A stretch of DNA of 64,000 nt from positions 15,112-79,111 of the forward strand of contig JACRGD010000007.1 of NCBI GenBank assembly GCA_016212525.1. The letters are read 5' to 3'. Every line of letters starts with the position of its first letter. The stretch's first letter is position 1. Shown piece after piece: positions 36,841 through 46,309 of the stretch. The translations under genes and the position numbers were made by a program. The notes under the pieces were generated by a model. It did not search any database and was not told the origin of the DNA. It saw only the letters and a list, made by a program, of their open reading frames with translations. This stretch comes from Candidatus Micrarchaeota archaeon. GTDB taxonomy: Archaea; Micrarchaeota; Micrarchaeia; Anstonellales; Bilamarchaeaceae.

Positions 36841-37893
36841 ATGACTGAAATTGATGTTTTAGTTCGAGATAGTATTAAACAAATAAAGGAATATTCAAGG
36901 CCGCCAATACTAGATACCGGAATAAAACTGAATCAAAATGAATCGCCTTATGGCTTACCTTTAGAAGTAGTTAGGGAATTTGAGAAAAGACTTGCAAAAC
37001 TTGCCTTCAATAGATATCCTGAAGGTTCATCTGAAAAACTACGAATTAAAATCGCAAGAAAATTCAAAACAAATCCAGATCAAATAGTAGTAGGTTGTGG
37101 AATCGATGAGATTCTTTATTATCTTTTGATGGCCTTTGTTGAAAAGGGAGACAAACTAGTAAGGCCGGTTCCAAGTTTTGGGATGTATCCAATTTGCGCT
37201 CAGGTTAGTGCTGCAAAAGATGTTCCAGTTCAACTTAGTGATAAATTTGATTTGACTGAAGAATTTGTAACCCAGAGCAAAGATGCCAAAATGACAATTA
37301 TTTGCAGTCCAAACAATCCAACCGGAAATTGTATGAATAAGAAACTAATTGAACGAATAATTCAGGGGACTTTGGGTTTAGTTGTAATAGATGAAGCATA
37401 TGCAGATTTTGCAGAATCAGATTGCATGGATTTTCTTAAATACGACAATGTGATTTTACTAAGGACTTTTTCTAAAGCAGGTTCATTTGCTTCCGGAAGA
37501 CTAGGATTTTCTGTTTCCAGTAAGAAAATTGCCGATTATATTAACCGAGTCAGACTTCCCTGGAACGTTAGTGCCATGGTTCAGGAACTAGGTGAATTGA
37601 TTTTGGATTATGAACCTCTTTTCCTTGAAAAAATTGAACAAATTAAAAAAGACCGGAATGTTTTGCTTTCAGAATTGAAAAAGATCGTAAAGACATATCC
37701 AACTGATTGTAATTTCTTTCTTTTTGAAGTGAAAGACCCTAAAAAAGTTTTTGAAAAACTGATTTCAGAAGGAGTTCTTACCCGAAATATAAGTGGAAAT
37801 TCTCCAAGACTAAAAAACTGCCTTAGAGTCTGTGTTGGAACCAGAGAAGAAAACGAAAAATTCCTTCGCGCACTTAAGAGGTGTTTGGAATGA
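36841..37893 (+). CDS. hisC: histidinol-phosphate aminotransferase
   Basis: ORF 36700..37893 starts inside hisD; the real ATG at 36841 lies 2 nt after the hisD stop; class II aminotransferase with PLP-lysine region TFSKAGS. Confidence 0.9.
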   Translation: MTEIDVLVRDSIKQIKEYSRPPILDTGIKLNQNESPYGLPLEVVREFEKRLAKLAFNRYPEGSSEKLRIKIARKFKTNPDQIVVGCGIDEILYYLLMAFVEKGDKLVRPVPSFGMYPICAQVSAAKDVPVQLSDKFDLTEEFVTQSKDAKMTIICSPNNPTGNCMNKKLIERIIQGTLGLVVIDEAYADFAESDCMDFLKYDNVILLRTFSKAGSFASGRLGFSVSSKKIADYINRVRLPWNVSAMVQELGELILDYEPLFLEKIEQIKKDRNVLLSELKKIVKTYPTDCNFFLFEVKDPKKVFEKLISEGVLTRNISGNSPRLKNCLRVCVGTREENEKFLRALKRCLE

Positions 37894-38543
37894 AATTTGA
37901 TGCAATAATTTTTGATGTGGATGGAGTTTTAATTGATGTAAGTCAGTCGTACCGGATTGCAATAATCAGAACGGTCAAACAATTTAGTGGCAAGCAAATC
38001 AGCAATGCTGATATTGATTTGCTTAAGCAAACCCCTGGTTTCAATAATGACTGGGATGCGTCATTTGCACTAAACAAAGAAATAACTGACCCAAAACAGG
38101 TTGACCGTACTTCTGATGAATACAAAAAAATGAAGGACTATTTTCAAAGTCAATATTTAGGCGAACTTATCTTTAAAGAAAAATCCCTAATTGATTTAAA
38201 AACTCTTGAACTTCTTAGTTCAAAAGGTCTGAAAATGGGGGTTGCAACCAGCAGGCCAAGAGAGGAAGCTTTCATTGCGTTAAGAACTGCCGGAATCAGT
38301 CCAAAATACATCTTAGAAAGAAATGTTGTTGCACAGGAAGATGCGCCAGAAAAACCTTCTCCAGAACCACTTCTTTTAGCAAAGAAAAAAATCAATGCAA
38401 CAAATCCTGTTTATGTTGGGGATACTTCCAGTGACAAACTGGCAGCAGAGCGGGCAAAAATGCCCTTTATTTATTGTAAGAAAAATCCCCAGATTGAGCT
38501 GATGGAAATTGAGAATGTGAATCAATTAATTGATGTGATTTAA
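37881..38543 (+). CDS. HAD-family hydrolase, putative histidinol-phosphatase
   Basis: 220 aa; HAD motif I FDVDGVL; sits between hisC and hisB and no other HolPase is present in the operon. Confidence 0.6.
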   Translation: MFGMKFDAIIFDVDGVLIDVSQSYRIAIIRTVKQFSGKQISNADIDLLKQTPGFNNDWDASFALNKEITDPKQVDRTSDEYKKMKDYFQSQYLGELIFKEKSLIDLKTLELLSSKGLKMGVATSRPREEAFIALRTAGISPKYILERNVVAQEDAPEKPSPEPLLLAKKKINATNPVYVGDTSSDKLAAERAKMPFIYCKKNPQIELMEIENVNQLIDVI

Positions 38544-39203
38544 ATGGTAAATCGAACTGCAAAAATAACCCGGAAAACAAAGGAAACAGAAATAGAAGTC
38601 GAACTTAATTTAGATGGAAGCGGGAAAAGCGACATTAAAATCGGAGTTGGTTTTCTTGAGCACATGCTAACCTTATTTGCCGCACGAGGGATGTTTGACC
38701 TAAAAGTTTTCGCAAATGGCGATTTAGATGTCGATGATCACCACACAATCGAGGACATAGGAATCTGTATCGGTCAGGCATTTTCAGAGGCAATAGGAGA
38801 CAAGCGAGGCATACGCAGGTACGGGTTTTGGATTCTTCCGATGGACGAAACGCTTGCAACTATTGCACTTGATCTTAGCGGACGCAGTGCTTTGGTTTGG
38901 AACGTCCAGTTCGAACGCGAGAAAATTGGCGATATGAGTACAGAAATGCTCTATGACTTTTTCGACGCATTTTCACGTAATGCCCAGGTAAATTTACACA
39001 TGAAAATCGAGTATGGAAGAAACGAGCACCACAGAGCCGAAGCCCTCTTTAAGGGGTGGGGAATGGCAATGCGCATGGCTTGCGAGATTGATCCACGACA
39101 GATTGGAATTCCAAGCACAAAGGGAATTCTTAGCGAAAGTACCGACACAGCTAAGTCGAAAGTAGAGGTGAAAAACTATGATACGTTTAGCAATTCCAAA
39201 TAA
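38544..39203 (+). CDS. hisB: imidazoleglycerol-phosphate dehydratase
   Basis: 219 aa; DDHHTIEDIGI and EHHRAEALFK metal-binding motifs. Confidence 0.95.
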   Translation: MVNRTAKITRKTKETEIEVELNLDGSGKSDIKIGVGFLEHMLTLFAARGMFDLKVFANGDLDVDDHHTIEDIGICIGQAFSEAIGDKRGIRRYGFWILPMDETLATIALDLSGRSALVWNVQFEREKIGDMSTEMLYDFFDAFSRNAQVNLHMKIEYGRNEHHRAEALFKGWGMAMRMACEIDPRQIGIPSTKGILSESTDTAKSKVEVKNYDTFSNSK

Positions 39204-40062
39204 AGGCCGCATTTCAACTGAAGTTTTGCGGCTTCTATCAAAAATCGGGCTTGAAGTCCCGGAAAACGGAAGAAAGCTTTATGCAAATACAAACAATCCT
39301 AACATTCAGATTGTTTATGCGCGTGCAGCAGATATTCCGTTTTTTGTCTCTGCAGGAGTAGCGGATGCCGGGATTACTGGAGAAGATATGATTTTGGAAA
39401 GCTCGGAGGAAGTAAGTGAAGAAAATGCAAAAAAATCGATAACGAAGTTACTACGATTGAATTTTGGAAAATGCAAAATCGTTGTCGCAGCGCCAAATAA
39501 TTCGAAGATAAATTCAACACAAGATTATCCAGCTAAAGTTCGGGTTGCAACCAAACTTACAAACATAACTTCGAGGTATTTTAGATCAAAGAAAATCAAT
39601 GCAAAAATCATCAGACTCTCAGGTGCAACTGAACTAGCCCCAGCACTTGGTATTGCTGATTTAATTGTAGATCAGGTTAGTACGGGAACAACTTTGGCAG
39701 CAAATAATCTAAAAATTGTCGATGAAATTTTCGAATCTGAGATCTATCTGTTTGCAAATAGCCGGTCTTTGAAAGAAAAAACCGAAGATCTGGATTCACT
39801 GAAGACCTCATTTGAAAGTGTAATTACTGCCGAATCCAAACGATATATCATGGTGAATGCTGATGGCGAAGATACTTTAGCACGAGTTACTGCCGTGATG
39901 CCTGCATTAGACAGTCCAACCATTCTTAAACTTGCAAAAGTCGGGTCTTATGCAGTTCACAGCGTCGTCGATGCCAATGAACTAATCGGCACCATTTGCA
40001 AGATAAAAAAGGCAGGCGGAACTGGAATTTTGGTCATGAACGCATCGCGCGTAGTCGAATGA
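39178..40062 (+). CDS. hisG: ATP phosphoribosyltransferase (long form)
   Basis: 294 aa with C-terminal regulatory domain. Confidence 0.9.
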   Translation: MIRLAIPNKGRISTEVLRLLSKIGLEVPENGRKLYANTNNPNIQIVYARAADIPFFVSAGVADAGITGEDMILESSEEVSEENAKKSITKLLRLNFGKCKIVVAAPNNSKINSTQDYPAKVRVATKLTNITSRYFRSKKINAKIIRLSGATELAPALGIADLIVDQVSTGTTLAANNLKIVDEIFESEIYLFANSRSLKEKTEDLDSLKTSFESVITAESKRYIMVNADGEDTLARVTAVMPALDSPTILKLAKVGSYAVHSVVDANELIGTICKIKKAGGTGILVMNASRVVE

Positions 40063-40075
40063 TGAGGCTAAACCT

Positions 40076-40723
40076 ATGACTCAGATTACCATCATTGATT
40101 ATGGCGCAGGAAATGCAGTAAATGTGCAAAATGCCCTGCAAAAACTGGGTGCCAATTGCAAGATTAGCGCAAGCGAAACTGACTGGTTAAATGCAGATGG
40201 CATTATTTTTCCAGGAGTCGGTGCCTTTGGCCCGGCCATGCAAAATTTAGGGAAGCGTAGCCAAATTCTCAGAAGAATCATTAACGAATCTGATCGCCCG
40301 TTTCTTGGCATATGCCTTGGAATGCAACTTCTCCTTGAAAAAAGTGAGGAAAGCCCAAGTACAGAAGGCCTGGGGGTTTTGGAAGGGTCGGTTTTGCGTT
40401 TTGAATCCAATGCTTTGGGTTCTGAAACTAAATCTCTTCCAGTTCCACAAATTGCATGGAATGAGGTTAATGTAGTTAGTAACTCGGGTAAATGTTCTCC
40501 GCTTTTTGATGGTCTTGCAGATAGATTCTACGCGTATTTTGTTCACTCATATTACTGCAAAGTTAGTGATCGTTCATTAGTTGCTGCTACGGCTAAATAT
40601 GGAATTGAATTCGATTCTTCAATCTGGAAAAAGAATCTTTTTGCAACTCAGTTTCACCCTGAAAAAAGCGGAAACGATGGGTTAACGATATTGCAAAATT
40701 TCCTAGATGAGGTGAAATGCTAA
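40076..40723 (+). CDS. hisH: imidazole glycerol phosphate synthase glutaminase subunit
   Basis: 215 aa; class I GATase catalytic triad (GICLGMQ). Confidence 0.9.
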   Translation: MTQITIIDYGAGNAVNVQNALQKLGANCKISASETDWLNADGIIFPGVGAFGPAMQNLGKRSQILRRIINESDRPFLGICLGMQLLLEKSEESPSTEGLGVLEGSVLRFESNALGSETKSLPVPQIAWNEVNVVSNSGKCSPLFDGLADRFYAYFVHSYYCKVSDRSLVAATAKYGIEFDSSIWKKNLFATQFHPEKSGNDGLTILQNFLDEVKC

Positions 40724-41434
40724 ATGGTTATTGATAAATTTCAGGTTATTCCGGCAATCGACTTGATGGGTGGTCAATGCGTTCGATTGGTCAAGGGTGA
40801 AAAACAGAATAAAATCGAGTATGCGATTTCACCGTATGAAATGGCTAAGAGCTATCTTGAATATGGTGCAAAACTCATCCACATAGTTGATTTAGATGGC
40901 GCATTTACTGGTCAGATGACCAACCTTCCAATTATTTCAAAACTCGCAAGCGAATATCCAATCCAGGTCGGAGGTGGAATACGCAATGAAGAGCGAATTA
41001 GAGAATTGCTTTTGCTTGGAGTGAAAAGAGTAGTTGTGAGTTCGCTTCTACTAAAAAATCAGGAATTGGCAACTGAACTAAAAACCAAATACAAAGGAAA
41101 GCTCGTTGGCTCATTTGATTTTAAAAATGGCAGATTAGCTTATGCAGGTTGGACAAAAGAAAGTGAACTCAAATTTAACGAGGTCGTTGCAGGTTTAGAT
41201 GAAATTGTTGTGACTGACACCAATAAAGATGGAACGTTTGAAGGACCCAATCTCGAATTGCTTTCATCGCTTCGGGCGAGCTACCCGAACATCAAAATCA
41301 TCTCAGCTGGAGGAGTCAAAGATGAATCTGATCTTGCTGCCTTAGAAGGAATCGGAATTGATGGGGTTATCATAGGCAGAGGATTTTTCGAGAAGATGAT
41401 AAAACTGTCTGTTCTTGGAGGGTGTAAAAGATGA
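40724..41434 (+). CDS. hisA: ProFAR isomerase
   Basis: 236 aa (beta/alpha)8 barrel; VIPAIDL and VGGGIR motifs. Confidence 0.9.
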   Translation: MVIDKFQVIPAIDLMGGQCVRLVKGEKQNKIEYAISPYEMAKSYLEYGAKLIHIVDLDGAFTGQMTNLPIISKLASEYPIQVGGGIRNEERIRELLLLGVKRVVVSSLLLKNQELATELKTKYKGKLVGSFDFKNGRLAYAGWTKESELKFNEVVAGLDEIVVTDTNKDGTFEGPNLELLSSLRASYPNIKIISAGGVKDESDLAALEGIGIDGVIIGRGFFEKMIKLSVLGGCKR

Positions 41435-41640
41435 CATGTTTGAATCGGATATCGATTCAAGAAAAGAGAGGGTAGAAGTTTAGTATCGAATACGGCAGCC
41501 AAAAATAGCAACGAAAACTGGTTAAATATCTGATTGAATTGGAATTAATTTTGACGCAAGGCCGTAAGTTGCACGAAGTATTTAAGCATCTGACACCAAC
41601 TGAACAAGCTATGCTTGAATTTCAAGCCAGGAATATTCTT

Positions 41641-42306
41641 TTATCTTGAAAATGGACTAATCGCATTCAATTGCCTTACAGCCAGCTCAAGATTGCCCGC
41701 TCCAAGTGCTGCTTGCGCGTTTGCAAAATGAGGTGAGCTTGCTATTGCAGATGCGGATACGTGATGGGTCCTAACTAAAAACGACTCACATAATTCACGT
41801 CGGTATTCTTCAGTATACCGCTCAGGATGTGCTAAAACACGTCTAGCTTCTGCATAAGCCATTTGGAAATAGAATCCATCAGCACCAGTTTCTCGTATGG
41901 GTTGAGGTATAGCTTGCTCAGGACTCGTGCTAAATGGTTGCTCCCTAAGGCGCGGTAATGCCGCATCTAGCCTAGATAAAATTGTCGTAAGCATTCGCCA
42001 AGCAGTTTGAACAGAACAATTCTCTGGTGGGGTTGGAGGCAGTCGCAATTGGGAGAGAGCAGTTAATTCTGCTGGACTCATTTGATCTCTATGATTATAC
42101 AAAATATCTCCAACCCTTCCCCTGGCTTCATTTATTGCATTTAATAAATCGTCTCGGACGTGAGGTGTGTTTGGTAGATTATATTTATATCGTTCGTATA
42201 TTTGTCTGGCAAAATTATACTTAACCATGACCTCTGCAGGCAAAAGCATTCGTTCCGAAGGCTGAAGCCTTGTGCTGTGCTCCTGAATTATTTGGAATAG
42301 AAACAT
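41641..42306 (-). CDS. hypothetical protein, compositionally foreign, antisense insertion inside the his operon
   Basis: 221 aa; Arg/Ala/Leu/Pro-rich and Lys-poor; about 47% GC against ~39% locally; opposite strand to the hisA and hisF genes flanking it. Confidence 0.55.
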   Translation of the reverse strand: MFLFQIIQEHSTRLQPSERMLLPAEVMVKYNFARQIYERYKYNLPNTPHVRDDLLNAINEARGRVGDILYNHRDQMSPAELTALSQLRLPPTPPENCSVQTAWRMLTTILSRLDAALPRLREQPFSTSPEQAIPQPIRETGADGFYFQMAYAEARRVLAHPERYTEEYRRELCESFLVRTHHVSASAIASSPHFANAQAALGAGNLELAVRQLNAISPFSR

Positions 42307-42509
42307 GTCACCATTTATCGGTCATAGTTTAAATCATTTTGGCTCAAAAAAATAAATGACTTTTAACTACTGCATAAGTGCGTATCGCTTTGAGTAGGAA
42401 AGTTTCGCGTAGTTCCTAATATCAAGGAAGATCAAAAATGTATCGAGTGCTTAAAGTTGGAAATCGTGAAACCCGACACTCAGCTTAAGTTCTCTTCCGG
42501 TCACAAATT

Positions 42510-42529
42510 TATTTATAGTGGGAAAGATA
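42510..42529 (+). promoter_or_regulatory. promoter-like 20-mer TATTTATAGTGGGAAAGATA, copy 2, upstream of hisF
   Basis: 19/20 identical to 35131..35150; TATA box ~70-95 bp upstream of the first conserved hisF codon. Confidence 0.45.
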
Positions 42530-42605
42530 ACTAATTATGTTAAGGTTGTAAAAATGGAAAAGGATATACTTCACAAAAATTAGGACTTCTAAATCGCCAC
42601 TTTGT

Positions 42606-43358
42606 AAACGGATTATTCCCTGTCTTGATGTCAAAAACGGTCGGGTAGTTAAAGGCACTAATTTTGTTGGTCTTAAAGATGCCGGAGATCCGATCGAACT
42701 TGCAAGGAAATATTACGAAGACGGGGCAGACGAGCTGGTTTTTCTTGATATTACTGCTAGTAGTGAAGGTCGAAACACGGTAGTTGAACTAGCTAAAGCA
42801 GTTGCGCAGGAAGTCTTCATTCCGTTTACTATCGGTGGGGGCATTCGAACTATCAAAGATATTGAAGCGCTACTTAAGGCAGGAGCAGATAAAGTTTCCA
42901 TCAATACGGCCGCAATAGTTAATCCCAAACTGCTAACAGATGCGGCTTGTGAATTCGGAAATCAGGCCATCGTCATTGCAATCGATGCCAAACAAAACGA
43001 ATCAGGGAGTTGGAATGTTTACAAAATGGGCGGGTGCATTGACACTAACTTTAATGCCATGGAATGGGCAAAAAAGGCAGTTTCTCTAGGAGCCGGAGAA
43101 GTTCTTCTAACAAGCATGGATAGAGATGGAACTCAAAGTGGATTCGACATCGAGCTAACTCGTGCGATTGTTAAGGCTGTGAACGTTCCAGTTATTGCGT
43201 CAGGCGGTGGCGGAAAAGTCGATGACTTCATTAATGTTTTTCAAAAAACAAACGTTTCGGCAGCACTTGCAGCCGGAATTTTCCACTATGGAAAAATAAC
43301 AATTGGTGGCCTAAAAAAAGAATTAAAATTAGCGGGAGTTGATATTCGTGAAATCTGA
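42606..43358 (+). CDS. hisF: imidazole glycerol phosphate synthase cyclase subunit (start codon unresolved)
   Basis: in-frame translation from ~42597 gives [17 protein letters not shown]...AIDAKQ...SGGGGK, full-length HisF; the ORF track only reports the C-terminal 110 aa (43026..43358) because there is no in-frame ATG/GTG/TTG between the upstream stop (42549) and 43026. Confidence 0.8.
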   Translation, partial: KRIIPCLDVKNGRVVKGTNFVGLKDAGDPIELARKYYEDGADELVFLDITASSEGRNTVVELAKAVAQEVFIPFTIGGGIRTIKDIEALLKAGADKVSINTAAIVNPKLLTDAACEFGNQAIVIAIDAKQNESGSWNVYKMGGCIDTNFNAMEWAKKAVSLGAGEVLLTSMDRDGTQSGFDIELTRAIVKAVNVPVIASGGGGKVDDFINVFQKTNVSAALAAGIFHYGKITIGGLKKELKLAGVDIREI

Positions 43359-43989
43359 AAACAATAATTTTGACAAAGACATTCAAAAGGATAAAAGTAG
43401 GGTCGATCAAATCAAGTTCGATAACGATGGATTAGTTCCAATTATAGTTCAGGATGCAAATACAGGAGTAGTGCTCTCACTCGTCTATGCCAATTCGGAT
43501 GCAGTCTGCCGGATGCAGGAAACTGGTTTTGTCTGGCGCTATAGTCGCTCGAAGAAAAAAATAATGCAAAAAGGAGAAGAAAGCGGGAACGTTCAGAGGA
43601 TCGTTTCAATCGATTTAGACTGTGACAAAGATGCTCTGCTAGTTCGAGTATTACCTGAAGGACCTGCATGCCACCTGAGTACGGTTTCATGTTTTGGATC
43701 TGAAGAGGTAGCAGATATGCTTTCTGAACTTGCACTCATAATAAAAGACCGAAGACAAAATCAAGACTCAAATCAAAATTCATACACCGCAAAGGTAGTT
43801 TCAAATCGGGAGCTCGCAATCGAAAAGCTACGTGAAGAATGCGAGGAATTGATCGAAGCTAAAGAAAAGAAGGATCTGATCTGGGAGGCGGCTGATCTTC
43901 TCTACTTTACGCTAGTTTATTTTGAGAATCGCGAGGTTGAATTTGGGGATGTCTTGAAGGAACTAAGACGAAGACGTCTAAGTCACTAA
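43339..43989 (+). CDS. hisIE: bifunctional PR-AMP cyclohydrolase / PR-ATP pyrophosphohydrolase
   Basis: 216 aa; HisI N-terminal half (LVPIIVQD...C..C) fused to HisE C-terminal half (EExEL...AADLLYF). Confidence 0.9.
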   Translation: MIFVKSENNNFDKDIQKDKSRVDQIKFDNDGLVPIIVQDANTGVVLSLVYANSDAVCRMQETGFVWRYSRSKKKIMQKGEESGNVQRIVSIDLDCDKDALLVRVLPEGPACHLSTVSCFGSEEVADMLSELALIIKDRRQNQDSNQNSYTAKVVSNRELAIEKLREECEELIEAKEKKDLIWEAADLLYFTLVYFENREVEFGDVLKELRRRRLSH

Positions 43990-44080
43990 ACCTAACCGCG
44001 CCAGGTTATGCAGTCTTATGGTCAGTAAAATAGAAGCACCAATCCCGATCGGGGTAAGAGGGAGCAGTATGAAACGAAAC

Positions 44081-44839
44081 TTATCGCTCGAGTAGTTGAT
44101 CAATTGTCGCCCGCATTGTCCCGATCGGCTGTGCTCCGATAATTGGAACGACATCCCTGCCATCTCTGCGGGCAATAAAGAAATAGGGAGTCCCATCGAC
44201 TCCGATCGATTTGCCGTAATTAATATCGGACTGGATCTTAGATATCCCATCTTCTGAGTTAATACAGATGTCAAAGACACTCCGATTTAGACCTATTTCG
44301 CTCGCCCAAACCTTAAAGTCATTGACAGTTATCGGATAGGTACTAAGGCCCAATTGAGCCTGCTTATCGTAAATGATATTATGCATCTGCCATTGCTTGC
44401 CCTGCAACTTTGCACATTCAACAGCCTGAGCGGCACCCATTGCACCTGGATGAATATTAGTATAGGGGAAATTACGATAGACCAGTTCTAGTTTACCTTT
44501 GTTGACATAATCAGCAGTTAAATTTGGCAGAACCAAAGTCGTGAATCTTCGACAAAAGGGGCATTGATAATCGGAGAACTCAACCAGAACCACAGGAGCA
44601 GATGCATTACCCATACGCATGTCTCCCCTGATAAGCTCGCTGACGTTTATATTTGGACCAAATTGAGAAATCGGAACAACTCCCACAGCAGAGGGATTAG
44701 GAGAAGAATTTAGATTAGAAAGTGATGAGTTTGGATTTGTAGGCGAGATATTCTTTGAGCCTGAATTTTGAGAAACACAACCAAATCCAATTATGAAAAC
44801 CAATAACACCGCCAGAACAATGACCTTTTTCATAAACAA
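44081..44839 (-). CDS. DsbA/thioredoxin-fold thiol:disulfide oxidoreductase with N-terminal membrane anchor
   Basis: 252 aa; N-terminal TM helix; CPFC active-site motif (SDYQCPFCRRF). Confidence 0.7.
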   Translation of the reverse strand: MFMKKVIVLAVLLVFIIGFGCVSQNSGSKNISPTNPNSSLSNLNSSPNPSAVGVVPISQFGPNINVSELIRGDMRMGNASAPVVLVEFSDYQCPFCRRFTTLVLPNLTADYVNKGKLELVYRNFPYTNIHPGAMGAAQAVECAKLQGKQWQMHNIIYDKQAQLGLSTYPITVNDFKVWASEIGLNRSVFDICINSEDGISKIQSDINYGKSIGVDGTPYFFIARRDGRDVVPIIGAQPIGTMRATIDQLLER

Positions 44840-44899
44840 TACCCTAACAGAATAATTGCAACCAACAGGAACTTAAACAATATACAAAATTAAATGGAA

Positions 44900-46177
44900 C
44901 TAAAATTCAGAAAGAACCCATTTCCAGATTGGAACATAACGGATTTTTCTCTGTGCCAACACTTTTTCCTCCTCGTGATCGAGAGTTAATATAAGTCCTT
45001 CTTCCAGATCATTTGCCTTAAGAGTCTTAAATAAACCACCTTCTTCTCGTGTTCTTGTTTCGATATCAGTCAGTTCAAGGCAAACCTGGATAGCTAGTTC
45101 AATTTTCGGACTGTTTTGAGCCACAACCACAAAATCAGTTTCCGTTCCGTCTGAGTTTACATAGTAGTAAAATTTTTTGCCTCTTCGGAAAAGTTCTATG
45201 GCGACAAAATTTTCGAGCAGAACACCAAGAGGTTGAACTGCAGTATCACTATATCGGAGGACAAGACCATTATCAATACAGTATAGTTTCTTTGGATTTT
45301 TGTCAAATAACTTAGCCTTTTTCTCATATTTATTTACCTGAAATAAAAGATAAGTATCCTGTAGATAATTAAGATATTTTTGAATGGTTTTTTCGCTCTT
45401 AATTGCAAAATTTTTTGAAACACCTGAATAGGTGATCTTACGTGCAGTATTGCGTATGAGGAATTTGATCACAGTTAGAAGTTCATCTGGTTTTCTTATC
45501 TGATACCGCTTTATTATGTCTTTTTGTACAATATCACCTAGGAGCTGAGCCAACAGATCAGGATTGGTATACTTAAGAACATCTGGAAAGCCTCCAGAGA
45601 GCAAATATTCCTTAAAGGCTTCCAAAAGAGCCACCCGTGAAGAGGTACTTATATGATCGGACTGATTGAAATTGGGTTTTTTGAGTGACAAAAATTCCCT
45701 AAAGGAGAAGGGAAATAGTTCGAAATCCACGTGTCTTCCAGTTAAATGAGTACCCAGTTCAACACTAAGAAGATCGGCATTAGAACCAGTAATGAGGATT
45801 AAGTTGTTTGAACGAAGAAGACGATTTATGAATAATTCCCAGCCCGAAATATTCTGTATTTCATCAAAAAGATAAGAAGTCGTATTTTCTCCATTCTCAA
45901 GTAAAAATGCCTCCATGAGCAGCTGGAAATCATCCACACTAAAATTAGCGATCCGGTCATCATCAAAATTTAGATAATTAAGATTGACGATTTTTCTAAG
46001 GAGCTGCTTAGCAAAGGTACTTTTACCAGAACGCCTAACACCCTTGATTATAATTGCTGTTCCGCCAACATTTAGAGAAACAGAATCTCTTAGATCGCGA
46101 TCGATTTCTCCAACACCAGTCACCAGTTCTTTCTTCTGTTCTCTAATGACCCGAATGAGAATTTCTTTATTGATCAT
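44900..46177 (-). CDS. AAA+ ATPase of the COG1373/DUF4143 family
   Basis: 425 aa; Walker A GVRRSGKST; C-terminal DUF4143-like domain. Confidence 0.7.
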   Translation of the reverse strand: MINKEILIRVIREQKKELVTGVGEIDRDLRDSVSLNVGGTAIIIKGVRRSGKSTFAKQLLRKIVNLNYLNFDDDRIANFSVDDFQLLMEAFLLENGENTTSYLFDEIQNISGWELFINRLLRSNNLILITGSNADLLSVELGTHLTGRHVDFELFPFSFREFLSLKKPNFNQSDHISTSSRVALLEAFKEYLLSGGFPDVLKYTNPDLLAQLLGDIVQKDIIKRYQIRKPDELLTVIKFLIRNTARKITYSGVSKNFAIKSEKTIQKYLNYLQDTYLLFQVNKYEKKAKLFDKNPKKLYCIDNGLVLRYSDTAVQPLGVLLENFVAIELFRRGKKFYYYVNSDGTETDFVVVAQNSPKIELAIQVCLELTDIETRTREEGGLFKTLKANDLEEGLILTLDHEEEKVLAQRKIRYVPIWKWVLSEF

Positions 46178-46185
46178 AGTATAAT

Positions 46186-46259
46186 AATACGGTAAAAAGA
46201 TTTATATAGAGTAAGGTAATACGTAAAATAGATGATTATTCTGGAATATATTACGGAAT
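46186..46259. promoter_or_regulatory. three evenly spaced TACG-core repeats flanking a TTTATATA box
   Basis: TAATACGGTAAAAA, TAATACGTAAAATA and TATTACGGAATAAT centred about 31 bp apart; TATA box ~28 bp upstream of the ATPase ATG; lies immediately downstream of orc1/cdc6. Confidence 0.4.
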
Positions 46260-46309
46260 AATACCAATAGATACAAGGTAAATACTAGCGACAAAAACAA
46301 ACCAGAGGT

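Noticed and set aside
41641-42306. Possibility that the his-operon insert encodes thymidylate synthase ThyX
   Set aside because: ThyX is similar in size (~220 aa), but its RHR and serine-loop signature motifs are absent from this ORF. It is left as a hypothetical foreign protein.
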